From the NCBI GenBank assembly GCA_963700145.1, contig OY969474.1, positions 3,680,001-3,744,000 of the forward strand: 64,000 nt of DNA, written 5' to 3'. Shown here piece after piece: positions 1-10,388 of the stretch (within the stretch, counting starts at the first letter, position 1; the number at the start of each line of letters is the position of its first letter). The notes beneath the pieces were generated by a model. The model was given only the letters and a program-made list of their open reading frames with translations. It made no database searches and was not told the DNA's origin. The position numbers and the translations under genes were made by a program. This DNA is from an uncultured Acidobacteriota bacterium. Lineage in GTDB: Bacteria; Acidobacteriota; Thermoanaerobaculia; Multivoradales; UBA5704.

Positions 1-2
1 CG

Positions 3-2045
3 CTGACCTACCGCGCCGTCGAGGCCGAGCGGCGGCTGGCGGCGGCGGCGCCGGAGGGGCGCGAAGGCGTGCTCTGGCAGGAGCTGGAGGAGGCGACCGG
101 CGCGCCGGCACTCTCGCTCGACGGCGGCGAGCTGGTCCTGGCGCGGCGGCGGCGCGACGAGCCGGCGGAGCTGGTGGTCTGGGGCACCGGCCCGGACGAG
201 GAGGCGGAGAAGAAATGGCGGGAGGAGGTGGAGAAGCTCCTCCGCCGCGATCCCGAGGACGTGGCGCCGGTGCGCAGCGGGTCGCTGGAGCGCGAGCCGC
301 GGCACGTCCTCGCCGTCGAGCCCGAGCCGACGATGCCGCGCTTCCTCCCCGACGGCGGCGTCCTCTTCGTCCGCTTCGCGCCTGACGCGGAGGGCTTCCT
401 CCACCCCGACCTCTTCCGCTGGCGGCCGGAGACGGGAGAAATCGACCGGCTCACCCGCGGCGCCGACCTGCGCGACCCCGACCCGGCGCCCGACGGGCGC
501 TGGGCGGCGGCGACCCGCATCCGGCACGGGCTGGCGCAGATCGTCAGGGTGGACCTGGCGAGCGGCGCCGTCGAGCCGCTCACCGAGCCGGCCCTCGCCG
601 CGGTGGACCGGCCGCGCGTCGCGCCGGACGGCGGGCGGGTGGCCTTCGCGCGGCACGCCGAAGGGCGCTGGGAGCTGGTGGTGCGCGACGTCGCCGGCGG
701 CGGCGAGACGCGGCTCGAGCCGCCGCCGGAGGGCACCGTCTCGACGCCCGCCTGGGGCCGCGACGGCCGCACGCTCTTCGCGACGGTGGGGCAGGGCGGC
801 TTCATCGACCTCTGGGCCTTCCCGCTCGATCCGCCCGGGCCGCCGGCGCGGCTCACCCGCACCGCCGGGGCGGCGCTCTCGCCGGAGCCGGCGCCCGACG
901 GCAAGGCGCTCTTCTACCTGTCGCTCCAGCCCGACGGGCTCGATCTCCACCGCCTGGAGCTGCCGGCGCCGCTCGCCGCCCGGCCGCCGGCGCCGGTCGA
1001 GACCGCCGACCTGGTGCCGGCGGTGCCGCCCCCGCCGCCGGCCGCGGCGCCGCCGTTCGCGGAGGCGGACCCGGGCCCGAGCCGGCCCTACGGCGCCGGC
1101 CCCGCCGAGGCGGCGTTCGCCTCGGGCGGCGCGTCGTCGTCCGCCGGCGACTCGTGGGAGCTGGGGGCGCGGCTGGGAGATCCGGTGGGGCGGTGGGACG
1201 TGCTGGCGCTCGGCGGCGGCAGCGGGGACGGCGGGCCGGAGGGGGGCGCCGTGGCGGCCGCCTTCCGCGGCTGGCCGGTGGAGGTCTCCGCGCACGGGTT
1301 CCAGGTGGAGGAGCGGCCCTCGCGGCAGGACGACGCGGCGGCCGGCGCCGCGCGCCTCGACGCCGAGCGGCGCGGCTTGGAGCTGGAGGCAAGCTGGCGG
1401 CGGCAGGGGCTGGCGAGCGGGCTCGCTCTGACGCTCGCCGGATACGCCGGCGAGATCGAGGCGCTCGACCAGGAGGTCCTCTCGCTCGCCGCCGACTGGC
1501 AGGCGCGCCGGCGGGTCCACGACTGGACGCTCGCTCCCCGGCTCGCCGCGCGCCTGGAGTCCGGCGACACCGGCAGCGCCTCCTGGGAGCGCTGGCGCGG
1601 CACGGCGGGCCTGAGTTTCGCGGACGGCGACGGCGGCGGGCTGGACCTCACCTGGACGCGCGGCAGCGTGAGCGGCGGCCCGCACCCGCTGGACCTCTTC
1701 CAGGTCGGCGGCACGGGATCGAGCCTCCTCCCTGAAACTCTTCTCGCCTCCCGGATCGAAGCGCCGGCGCTCCCGGCCGGCGCGCTCGTCGGCGACGAGG
1801 TCGAGTCCCAGCGCGGGGAGCTGACGCTGGATTTCTTCCCCGCCCCGCTCTTCTTCGAGCGCCACCGCATCGGCGGCGAAGGCGACTGGCTCCGCGTCGC
1901 CGGCCTCGAATGGCGGGTGAGCCTGCCGCCAACCCCCATCGCCCTCCTCCCCGCGCTCGACCTTCGCGCCGGCGCCGCCCGCGTCCTCGACGGCCCGCTC
2001 GACGGCGAGGAGCGTTGGTGGATCGCGCTCGTGGTCCGCCCCTGA
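3..2045 (+). CDS. TolB-like (PD40 beta-propeller) protein with probable C-terminal beta-barrel-like region; 5' partial
   Basis: Frame open from window start; repeated PxxxPDG motifs (DPDPAPDGRW, RPRVAPDGGRVAF, SPEPAPDGKALFY). Confidence 0.7.
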   Translation: MTYRAVEAERRLAAAAPEGREGVLWQELEEATGAPALSLDGGELVLARRRRDEPAELVVWGTGPDEEAEKKWREEVEKLLRRDPEDVAPVRSGSLEREPRHVLAVEPEPTMPRFLPDGGVLFVRFAPDAEGFLHPDLFRWRPETGEIDRLTRGADLRDPDPAPDGRWAAATRIRHGLAQIVRVDLASGAVEPLTEPALAAVDRPRVAPDGGRVAFARHAEGRWELVVRDVAGGGETRLEPPPEGTVSTPAWGRDGRTLFATVGQGGFIDLWAFPLDPPGPPARLTRTAGAALSPEPAPDGKALFYLSLQPDGLDLHRLELPAPLAARPPAPVETADLVPAVPPPPPAAAPPFAEADPGPSRPYGAGPAEAAFASGGASSSAGDSWELGARLGDPVGRWDVLALGGGSGDGGPEGGAVAAAFRGWPVEVSAHGFQVEERPSRQDDAAAGAARLDAERRGLELEASWRRQGLASGLALTLAGYAGEIEALDQEVLSLAADWQARRRVHDWTLAPRLAARLESGDTGSASWERWRGTAGLSFADGDGGGLDLTWTRGSVSGGPHPLDLFQVGGTGSSLLPETLLASRIEAPALPAGALVGDEVESQRGELTLDFFPAPLFFERHRIGGEGDWLRVAGLEWRVSLPPTPIALLPALDLRAGAARVLDGPLDGEERWWIALVVRP

Positions 2046-2098
2046 GCTAACATGACGGGTCCGGCTCGCCCCGCCTCTCGGGGGCGTCCCCCTCCGCC

Positions 2099-3622
2099 GT
2101 GACCGACCGAGCGATCCTCCTCCGCCTCTCCGGCGACTTCTATACCAAGGCGCGGAAGACGCGGCTGCGCTTCCTCCGTCGCCTGGCCCACAACCTGGAG
2201 GACGCGCTCACCACCCACGGCTTCACCTATCGGCTGCAGAAGAGCTGGAGCCGCTTCGTCCTCGAGGTGGAGCCGTCGCCCGGAGGGGCCGACCCGGCGG
2301 AGGTCCTGCCGCGCGTCTTCGGCATCCAGTCGGTGTCGGAGATCGAGCGCCGCCCCTGGTCGACCCTCGACGACGTCGTCGCCGCTGGCGAGGAGCTGTT
2401 CCGCGAGGCGGTCGCCGGCCGGCGCTTCGCCGTGCGCGCCCACCGCCGCGGCGACCGTGCGGCCATCCCCTTCGATTCCCTGGCCGTCGAGCGCGCCCTC
2501 GGCCGCGCGCTCCTCGCCCACGGCGCCGGCGTGCAGCTCAAGGACCCGGAGGTGACCGCCCACGTCGAGGTCGAGCCCGGCGTGGTGCACTTCTTCCGCG
2601 ACCGGGTGGCCGGCCGCGGCGGCTTGCCGATCGGGGTCGAGGGGCGGGCGGTGGCGCTGGTCTCCGGCGGCTTCGACTCGGCGGTGGCCGCCTGGCTCAT
2701 GCTCAAGCGCGGCGTCCAGCTCGACTACGTCTTCTGCAACCTGGGCGGCGAGCCGCACCGGTTGGGCGCCCTGCGCGTCATGCGCCTCCTCGGGGAGCGC
2801 TGGAGCTACGGCTACCGGCCGCGCCTCCACGAGCTCGACTTCCGGCCGCTCGTCGAGGCGCTGCAGCGCGACACCGACCCGCGCCTCTGGCAGCTCCTCC
2901 TGAAGCGCCAGATGCTGCGCGGCGCCGAGGCGATCGCCCGCCGCGGCGGCGCCGCCGGCATCGTCACCGGCGACGCCATCGGCCAGGTCTCCTCGCAGAC
3001 GCTGCAGAACCTGGCGGTGATCTCCCAGGCGGCGGCGCTCCCCGCCCTCCGGCCGCTCCTCGGCAACAACAAGGAGGAGATCCTGGCGCTGGCGCGCGAC
3101 GTCGGCGTCTACGAGGCGGCGGCCGAAGTCGAGGAGTACTGCGGCCTGGCGGCGCCGAAGCCGGCCACCCGCGCGCCGCTCGGGTCGGTGCAGCGCGAGG
3201 AGGCGCGGCTCGACCCGGCGCTGCTCACCGCGGCGCTCCAGGCGCGGAAGAGCTTCGACCTCCGCGGCCTGGCGGCGGCGGACCTGGCACCCTCGACGCT
3301 CGAGCTGGAACGCATCCCGGAGGGGGCGACCCTTCTCGACCTCCGGCCGCTCACGTCCTTCCAGACCTGGCACCACCCCGCGGCCCTGTCGCTCGAGTTC
3401 CCGCACGCCCTGACCGCCTTCCCGGCGCTGCCGCGGGACCGCACCTACGTCGTCTACTGCGAGGTCGGCTGGAAGAGCACCCACCTGGCCGAGCGGATGC
3501 GCGAGGCCGGCTTCCTCGCCCACCACCTCAAGGGGGGGCTGGGCGCGGCGATGGCCCAGGCCGGCCTCGAGACGGCCGAGGACAGGGCCCTCCTGGCCCC
3601 CGCCGTGCGCGAACGGCGGTAG
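2099..3622 (+). CDS. thiI: tRNA 4-thiouridine(8) synthase with C-terminal rhodanese domain
   Basis: THUMP region, GGLPIG, PP-loop SGGFDS, GDAIGQVSSQTLQN, rhodanese YCEVG. Confidence 0.92.
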   Translation: MTDRAILLRLSGDFYTKARKTRLRFLRRLAHNLEDALTTHGFTYRLQKSWSRFVLEVEPSPGGADPAEVLPRVFGIQSVSEIERRPWSTLDDVVAAGEELFREAVAGRRFAVRAHRRGDRAAIPFDSLAVERALGRALLAHGAGVQLKDPEVTAHVEVEPGVVHFFRDRVAGRGGLPIGVEGRAVALVSGGFDSAVAAWLMLKRGVQLDYVFCNLGGEPHRLGALRVMRLLGERWSYGYRPRLHELDFRPLVEALQRDTDPRLWQLLLKRQMLRGAEAIARRGGAAGIVTGDAIGQVSSQTLQNLAVISQAAALPALRPLLGNNKEEILALARDVGVYEAAAEVEEYCGLAAPKPATRAPLGSVQREEARLDPALLTAALQARKSFDLRGLAAADLAPSTLELERIPEGATLLDLRPLTSFQTWHHPAALSLEFPHALTAFPALPRDRTYVVYCEVGWKSTHLAERMREAGFLAHHLKGGLGAAMAQAGLETAEDRALLAPAVRERR

Positions 3623-3698
3623 CCCGGCGGAATCGTTTCCTTAGAGGGAAGCGGAGGTTGCCCCCCGGGGGCGATCGGCGTACAGTTGGCCGCCGCCG

Positions 3699-6539
3699 TT
3701 GAGCCAGCCCTTGCCGCGCACCGCCGGGTCCGTCCTGCCCGATCCCCGATGGCTCGCCACCGTTGCCGAAGCCTCACCAGTCCCCCTCTTCGCGGCCTCC
3801 GAGGCCGGTCTGCTCTACGCCAGCCCCGCCTGGGAGGGGGTGACCGGCTGGACGCCCGCCGAGCTCGTAGGGCGCCGGCTCGCCGACTTCGCCCAGGCCG
3901 AGGCGGTCGAGAGGGTGGGGGATTGGGAGGACTGCGTCGCCGCCGGCGAGCACCCGCCGCCGCTCGAGGCCCCCTTCCGGGCGCGCGACGGCCGGGTGCT
4001 CTGGCTGGAGCTCCACGCCGCCCCGTTCGCCACCGAAACCGGCCTCTGCACCGTCGGCGTCGCGCTCGAGGTCAGCGAGCGCCACCGCCGGCAGGCGGAC
4101 CTGGCGCAGAACGAGGACTGGTTCCGCGCCCTCGCCGAGATGACTTCGACGGCGGTCATCGTCTACGGCGCCGACCGCATCCGCTACGCCAACCGCGCCT
4201 GCGAGGTGCTGACCGGCTACAGCCAGGAGGAGCTGGTCGGCATGCCGGCCTGGCTCCTGCCGCACCCCGATCACCGCGAGATCACGGTGCAGCGTATGAC
4301 GGCGCGCCTCCGCGGCGAGCCGGTGGACAGCCGCTACGAGCTCAAGATCCTCACCAAGCAGGGCGAGGTCCGCTGGGTGGACTACACCGCCGGCCTGGTG
4401 CCGCTCGGCGGCGAGACGGTGGCTTTGGGCACCGCCTTCGACATCACCGAGCAGAAGCACGTCGAGTTCGCCTTGCGCGAGAGCAACGAGCGGCTGGAGC
4501 TGGCGCAGCGCGGCGCCGGCATCTTCACCTGGGAGTGGGACCTGCGCAGCGACGCCCTGCTCGTCCCGGAGCACGCCGCGGAGGTGCTCGGGCTGGCGCC
4601 GGAGGCGCTGTGGACGACCGGCGCCGCCTTCATGGAGGCGGTCCTGCCGGAGGACCAGGGCGAGCTCGCCGCCGCGCTCGCGCGCTGCTTCTCGGGCGGG
4701 GAGGACCTGACGGTCCAGTTCCGCCTGCAGAGCCCGGACGGCGCGGTGCGCTGGGTCTCCGAGCGCGGCCGCGTGCTCTACGACGCCGACGGCGCGCCGG
4801 CCCGCATCATCGGCGTGGCGCACGACATCACCGAGCGCAAGCAGGCCGAGGAGGCCCTCGAGGAGGAGCGCGAGCGGGCGCAGGTGACCCTCGCCTCGAT
4901 CGGCGACGGCGTCATCCGCACCGACCGCGAGGGGCGCGTCGACTACTTGAACCCGGTGGCCGAGCGGTTGACCGGCTGGAGCGCCGCCGAGGCCCTCGGC
5001 CAGCCGCTCGCTCGTGTCTTCCAGGTGCTCGACGAGGTGGCGCGCAAGCCACTCCCCGACCCGGTCGAGCGCTGCCTGCGCGAGGGGCGGGCGGTGGAGC
5101 TGCCGGGGCCGCTGGTCCTGGTGCGGCGCGACGGGGTGGAGTTCGCGGTGCGCGACTCGGTCGCCCCGGTGCGCGACCGCGAAGGTCGAATCACTGGCAG
5201 CGTCGTGGTCTTCAAGGACGTCTCCGAGCTGCGCGGGATGGAGCGGCAGATGCGCTTCCTCACCCGCCACGATCCGCTGACCGGCCTGCTCAACCGCCGC
5301 GAGCTGGAGCGGCGGCTCGGGCGGGCGATCGAGCTGGCCCAGGAGGACGGGGGCGAGCACGCCCTCCTCTACCTCGACCTCGACGACTTCAAGCTGGTCA
5401 ACGACACCTGCGGCCACGTCGCCGGCGACGAGCTGCTCAAGCAGGTGGCCGCCGAGCTGGCCGACGAGCTCCCGGCCGGCGCCGCCCTCGCCCGGCTGGG
5501 AGGCGACGAGTTCGGGGTGCTGCTCGCCGAGACCTCCGCCGCGGAGGCGCGCGCCGTCGCCGAGGCGATCCGCGCCCGCGTCACGCAGTTCCGCTTCTCC
5601 TGGGAGGAGCGGGTCTTCCGCGTCGGCCTCTCGCTAGGACTCGTGCCGATCACCGGCGCCAGCGGCGGCCTCGACCAGGTCCTCTCGGCGGCCGACGCCG
5701 CCTGCTACGTGGCCCGGGAGCGCGGCGACCGCATCCACGAGTGGCAGGCCGACGACACCGCCGTGGCCGAGCGCTCCGGCGAGCTGCAGTGGGTGCAGCG
5801 CATCCCGCACGCCCTCGACGACGGGCGGTTCCTGCTCTTCTGCCAGCCGATCGTGCCGCTCGGTCCGGCGGCGACCGAGAAGCTCTGCGAGATCCTGCTC
5901 CGCCTGCGCGGCGAGAACGGCGAGCTGGTGAGCCCCGCCGCCTTCATCCCGGCCGCCGAGCGTTACCGGCTGATCGGCACCATCGACCGCTGGGTGGTAC
6001 GCGCCGCCCTCGACGCCCTGGCCGGCAACCGGGTGGCGGGCGACCCGGCGACCTGCTTCGCCATCAACCTCTCCGGCCAGTCGCTCGGCGACGAGAGCTT
6101 CCTCGACTACCTGTTGGCGGAGATCGCCGCCAGCGGCGTGCCGCCGGGGCGCCTCTGCTTCGAGGTCACCGAGACCGCCGCCGTCGCCAACCTGGCGCGC
6201 GCCCGGCGCACCATCGCGGCGCTCAAGGGGCTGGGGTGCCGCTTCATCCTCGACGACTTCGGCAGCGGCCTCTCGTCGTTCGCCTATCTGAAGAACCTCG
6301 CCGTCGACTTCCTGAAGATCGACGGCGAGTTCGTGCGCGGCATGACCGCGGGGTCGGTGGAGTGGGCGCTGGTCGCCTCGATCCACCAGATCGGCCACGT
6401 CATGGGCATCAAGACCATCGCCGAGTCGGTCGAGGACGCCGAGACGCTCGAGGCGGTGCGGTCGCTGGGCATCGATTACGCCCAGGGCTACGCCATCGCC
6501 CGCCCGGAGCCGCTTTCCACTCTTGAAGCGAACGATTAG
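3699..6539 (+). CDS. Multi-PAS GGDEF-EAL c-di-GMP signalling protein
   Basis: Several PAS/PAC repeats, HDPLTGLLNRR, RLGGDEF, EIL, DDFGSG. Confidence 0.92.
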   Translation: MSQPLPRTAGSVLPDPRWLATVAEASPVPLFAASEAGLLYASPAWEGVTGWTPAELVGRRLADFAQAEAVERVGDWEDCVAAGEHPPPLEAPFRARDGRVLWLELHAAPFATETGLCTVGVALEVSERHRRQADLAQNEDWFRALAEMTSTAVIVYGADRIRYANRACEVLTGYSQEELVGMPAWLLPHPDHREITVQRMTARLRGEPVDSRYELKILTKQGEVRWVDYTAGLVPLGGETVALGTAFDITEQKHVEFALRESNERLELAQRGAGIFTWEWDLRSDALLVPEHAAEVLGLAPEALWTTGAAFMEAVLPEDQGELAAALARCFSGGEDLTVQFRLQSPDGAVRWVSERGRVLYDADGAPARIIGVAHDITERKQAEEALEEERERAQVTLASIGDGVIRTDREGRVDYLNPVAERLTGWSAAEALGQPLARVFQVLDEVARKPLPDPVERCLREGRAVELPGPLVLVRRDGVEFAVRDSVAPVRDREGRITGSVVVFKDVSELRGMERQMRFLTRHDPLTGLLNRRELERRLGRAIELAQEDGGEHALLYLDLDDFKLVNDTCGHVAGDELLKQVAAELADELPAGAALARLGGDEFGVLLAETSAAEARAVAEAIRARVTQFRFSWEERVFRVGLSLGLVPITGASGGLDQVLSAADAACYVARERGDRIHEWQADDTAVAERSGELQWVQRIPHALDDGRFLLFCQPIVPLGPAATEKLCEILLRLRGENGELVSPAAFIPAAERYRLIGTIDRWVVRAALDALAGNRVAGDPATCFAINLSGQSLGDESFLDYLLAEIAASGVPPGRLCFEVTETAAVANLARARRTIAALKGLGCRFILDDFGSGLSSFAYLKNLAVDFLKIDGEFVRGMTAGSVEWALVASIHQIGHVMGIKTIAESVEDAETLEAVRSLGIDYAQGYAIARPEPLSTLEAND

Positions 6540-6584
6540 AGTCGGGCCGAGGGCGGGCCCGATTCTTGCGGCTCGCCTACGGCG

Positions 6585-8741
6585 ATGCCGGGCGAAGTTC
6601 CTCAGCACAAACGGTTAGAGCCCGACGCGGCAGCCGGGGTCCTCGACCTGCCGCGCTCCTTCCTCGCCCGCACCACGCCCGATCCCGCCGCCGCCGGGCG
6701 CCTCCGCCGGCTGGCGGAGCCCGGCCCGGCGCTCCTCTGGACGACCGACAACGACCTGCGCTTCACCTCCGGCCCGGCGCCCCGCGACGAGGGGCCGCTG
6801 CCGGGAGGCAGCGTCGTCGACTTCTACGGCGCCGCGGACTGGGAGGCGCCCCCGGTCAAGGCCCACCGCCGCGCCCTGGCCGGCGAGAGCGCCGAGTTCG
6901 AGCACCGCTGGCAGGGGCGGCTCCTCCGCTGCCACGTCGAGCCGCTGCGCGACGCCTTCGGCCGGGTGAGCGGGACGATCGGGGTCGCCTTCGACATGAC
7001 CGAGCGGCGCGCCGCCGAGGAGGAGCTCTACCGCGAGAACGAGCTCGCCGGGGAGACACTGGCCGCGATCGGCGACGGCGTCATCCGCGCCGACCTCGAG
7101 GGGGTCGTCGACTATCTCAACCCGGTGGCCGAGCGCCTGACCGGCTGGTCGTCGATCGAAGCGGTGGGCAGGCCGGTCGGCGAAGTCTTCAGCCTCTTCG
7201 ACGAGGTGACCCGCCGGCCGCTCGCCGGCCCGGTCGAGCGCTGCCTGGCCGAGAACCGGCTGATCGAGTCGCCGCCGCACGCCGTCCTCGTACGCGCCGA
7301 CGGCATGGAGTACTCGGTGCGCGACTCGGCGGCCCCGATCCGCGACCGCGAAGGGCGCCTGGTCGGCGCGGTCCTGGTCTTCAAGGACGTCACCCAGCTG
7401 CGCGGCATGGAGCGCGAGATGGTCTATCTCGCGAGCCACGACGCCCTCACCGGGCTGATCAACCGGCGGGAGTTCGAGGCGCGCTTGAAGCGCGCCCTGC
7501 GCAGCGCCCTCGGCGAGCGCCGCCTCCACGCCATGCTCTACCTGGACCTCGACGAGTTCAAGGTGGTCAACGACACCTGCGGGCATCTCGCCGGCGACGA
7601 GCTGCTCAAGCAGGTCACGGCGCTCTTGCGCTCGCGAGTGCGGCGGATCGACTCGCTGGCGCGCCTCGGCGGCGACGAGTTCGGCGTGCTGCTCGAGGAC
7701 TGCCCGCTCGTCCAGGCGCGCCAGATCGCCGAGGAGCTGCGCGGCACGGTGCGCGAGTTCCGCTTCCGCTGGAAGGACCAGGTGTTCGAGATCGGCGTCT
7801 CGATCGGCCTGGTGCCGATCGACGCCACGAGCGGCGACCTCGCGAGCCTCCTCTCCGCCGCCGACGCGGCCTGCTACGTCGCCAAAGAGGGGGGGCGCAA
7901 CCGGGTCCACGAGTACGAGATGGACGACACGCTGGTGGCCGAGCGCCACGGTGAGATGCAGTGGATCCACCGCATCCACCGCGCCTTCGAGGACCGCCTC
8001 TTCCGTCTCTACTACCAGCCGATCCAGCCCCTAGGCGCGAAAGCTTTCGCGCCGGGCTCCGATCAAGCTGCGGTTGGCGAGCGGGAGACGCTGTGCGAGG
8101 TGCTCATCCGCATGCTCGACGATCGCGGGCGGGTGCTCTCGCCGGCGGCCTTCATCTCGGCCGCCGAGCGCTACCACCTGATCGGGGCCGTGGACCGCTG
8201 GGTGGTGCGGACGGCGCTGCGGGCGCTGGCCGAGGCGCAGCGGCATGACGGCTCGAAGCGCCTGCTCTTCGCCATCAACCTCTCCGGCCAGTCGCTCTCG
8301 GACGAGACCTTCCTCGACTACGTCGTCGGCCAGCTCGTCGAGAGCGGCGTCGACTCGCGCCGCATCTGCTTCGAGATCACCGAGACCGCCGCCGTCAGCA
8401 AGCTCGACGACGCCACCCGCTTCATCAAGGTGCTCAAGGAGATGGGCTGCCGCTTCGTGCTCGACGACTTCGGCAGCGGCCTGTCGTCGTTCGCCTACCT
8501 GCGCGACCTGCCGGTGGACTTCCTGAAGATCGACGGCGAGTTCGTCAAGAACATGGTCGACGACCAGGTCAAGCGGGCGCTGGTCGAGTCGATCAACCAG
8601 ATCGGCCACGTCATCGGCGTGCAGACGATCGCCGAGTGGGTGGAGAACCGCGCCACGCTCGACGTCCTCAAGGAGATCGGCGTCGACTACGTCCAGGGCT
8701 ACTGGATCGCCAAACCCCAGCCCTTAGTGCACGATCTGTAG
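6585..8741 (+). CDS. PAS GGDEF-EAL protein, paralog of the upstream gene
   Basis: HDALTGLINRR, RLGGDEF, EVL, DDFGSGLSSFAYL. Confidence 0.92.
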   Translation: MPGEVPQHKRLEPDAAAGVLDLPRSFLARTTPDPAAAGRLRRLAEPGPALLWTTDNDLRFTSGPAPRDEGPLPGGSVVDFYGAADWEAPPVKAHRRALAGESAEFEHRWQGRLLRCHVEPLRDAFGRVSGTIGVAFDMTERRAAEEELYRENELAGETLAAIGDGVIRADLEGVVDYLNPVAERLTGWSSIEAVGRPVGEVFSLFDEVTRRPLAGPVERCLAENRLIESPPHAVLVRADGMEYSVRDSAAPIRDREGRLVGAVLVFKDVTQLRGMEREMVYLASHDALTGLINRREFEARLKRALRSALGERRLHAMLYLDLDEFKVVNDTCGHLAGDELLKQVTALLRSRVRRIDSLARLGGDEFGVLLEDCPLVQARQIAEELRGTVREFRFRWKDQVFEIGVSIGLVPIDATSGDLASLLSAADAACYVAKEGGRNRVHEYEMDDTLVAERHGEMQWIHRIHRAFEDRLFRLYYQPIQPLGAKAFAPGSDQAAVGERETLCEVLIRMLDDRGRVLSPAAFISAAERYHLIGAVDRWVVRTALRALAEAQRHDGSKRLLFAINLSGQSLSDETFLDYVVGQLVESGVDSRRICFEITETAAVSKLDDATRFIKVLKEMGCRFVLDDFGSGLSSFAYLRDLPVDFLKIDGEFVKNMVDDQVKRALVESINQIGHVIGVQTIAEWVENRATLDVLKEIGVDYVQGYWIAKPQPLVHDL
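8030..8067 (+). repeat. 38-bp palindromic repeat (family B), copy 1, inside the EAL domain
   Basis: CCTAGGCGCGAAAGCTTTCGCGCCGGGCTCCGATCAAG; matches 43969-44006 with 2 mismatches. Confidence 0.8.
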
Positions 8742-8744
8742 CCG

Positions 8745-10361
8745 TTACGCCTTGACCGTGCGCGGGCCGGCGGCCCGCACCCCTTCGCTCACACCACCTT
8801 CAAATTTCTCGAAGTTCTCGGCGAAGAGGTCGGCGAGGTGCGCCGCCTTCTCGTCGTAGTCGGCGGGGTCGGCCCAGGTCTCGCGCGGGCGGAGGAGCTT
8901 GTCGGGGACGCCCTCGACGTGCTCGGGGACGGCCAGGCCGAAGATGGGGTCGGTGTAGGTCGCGGCACCGTCCAGCTCGCCGCCGAGCGCGGCGTGCACC
9001 ATGCGGCGGGTGAAGGCGAGCTTGATGCGGCTGCCGACGCCGGTGGGGCCGCCGGTCCAGCCGGTGTTGACCAGCCAGACGCGGCTGTCGTGGCGCTCGA
9101 GCTTCTCGCCGAGCATCTGGGCGTAGACGCCGGGGTGGAGGGGCATGAACGGGGCGCCGAAGCAGGCGCTGAAGGTCACCTTGGGCTCGGTCACGCCGCG
9201 CTCGGTGCCGGCGACCTTGGCGGTGTAGCCGGAGAGGAAGTGGTACATCGCCTGCTCGAAGCTGAGCCGGGCGATCGGCGGCAGGACGCCGAAGGCGTCG
9301 CAGGTCAGGAAGACGACATTCCGGGGATGGCCGGCGCGGCCGTCCAGGTCCACCCGCTCGAGCTGGTCGAGCGGGTAGCTGCCGCGGGTGTTCTCGGTCT
9401 GGCGGTCGTCGTCGAGGTCGAGGCGGCGACTGTCCGGGTCGATCGCCACGTTCTCGAGGATGGTGCCGAAGCGCCGGGTGGTGGCGTAGATCTCCGGCTC
9501 GCCGGTCTCCGAGAGGCGGATCACCTTGGCGTAGCAGCCGCCCTCGAGGTTGAAGATGCCGTCGTCGGTCCAGGCGTGCTCGTCGTCGCCGACGAGCGTG
9601 CGCTCGGGATCGGAGGAGAGGGTGGTCTTGCCGGTGCCGGAGAGGCCGAAGAAGAGGGCGACTTCGTCGGTGTCGGCGCCGTAGTTGGCGCTGCAGTGCA
9701 TGGGGAAGACGCCGCGCTTCGGCAGCAGGTAGTTCATGACACCGAAGATGCTCTTCTTGATCTCGCCGGCGTAGGCGGTGCCGCCGACGAGCACGATGCG
9801 GCGCGCGAAGCTGAGCAGGATGAAGGTTGGGCTGGCGGTGCCGTCGCGGGCGGGCTCGGCCTCGAAGCTGGCGGCGTCGAGGACGGTGAAGCCGGGCTCG
9901 AACGCGGCCAGCACCGCCGGGTCCGATTCGCGCACGAACATGTTGCGCGCGAAGAGGTTGTGCCAGGCCTTCTCGGTCACCACGCGCACGCCGAGCCGGT
10001 GGCGCGGGTCGGCGCCGGCCCAGCCGTCGAAGACGAAGAGGTCGCGGTCGCGCCAGTGCTCGCGCACCCGGTCGAGAAGGGCGTCGAAGCGCTCCGGCTC
10101 GAACGGCCGGTTGACGCTGCCCCACCAGACGTCGGCGGCGGTGCCGGGGTCGCGGACGATGAAGCGGTCGTTCGGTGAGCGCCCGGTGTGCGAGCCGGTC
10201 GAGGCGACGAGCGGCCCGTGCTCGGCGATCAGGGCCTCGCCGCGCTTGACGGCCTGCTCGTAGAGCGCCGCCACCGGCAGGTTCCAGTAGGCCCGGCGCG
10301 CGCCGTCGATGCCGTGCCGCTCCAGGCCGAACGTGCTGATGGATGGTCCCTCGTTGTGCAT
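8745..10361 (-). CDS. pckA: Phosphoenolpyruvate carboxykinase (ATP)
   Basis: [37 protein letters not shown]; start taken at ATG 10361. Confidence 0.96.
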   Translation of the reverse strand: MHNEGPSISTFGLERHGIDGARRAYWNLPVAALYEQAVKRGEALIAEHGPLVASTGSHTGRSPNDRFIVRDPGTAADVWWGSVNRPFEPERFDALLDRVREHWRDRDLFVFDGWAGADPRHRLGVRVVTEKAWHNLFARNMFVRESDPAVLAAFEPGFTVLDAASFEAEPARDGTASPTFILLSFARRIVLVGGTAYAGEIKKSIFGVMNYLLPKRGVFPMHCSANYGADTDEVALFFGLSGTGKTTLSSDPERTLVGDDEHAWTDDGIFNLEGGCYAKVIRLSETGEPEIYATTRRFGTILENVAIDPDSRRLDLDDDRQTENTRGSYPLDQLERVDLDGRAGHPRNVVFLTCDAFGVLPPIARLSFEQAMYHFLSGYTAKVAGTERGVTEPKVTFSACFGAPFMPLHPGVYAQMLGEKLERHDSRVWLVNTGWTGGPTGVGSRIKLAFTRRMVHAALGGELDGAATYTDPIFGLAVPEHVEGVPDKLLRPRETWADPADYDEKAAHLADLFAENFEKFEGGVSEGVRAAGPRTVKA

Positions 10362-10388
10362 GGCAGGCGGGAATCCTAGCAAACGGGC

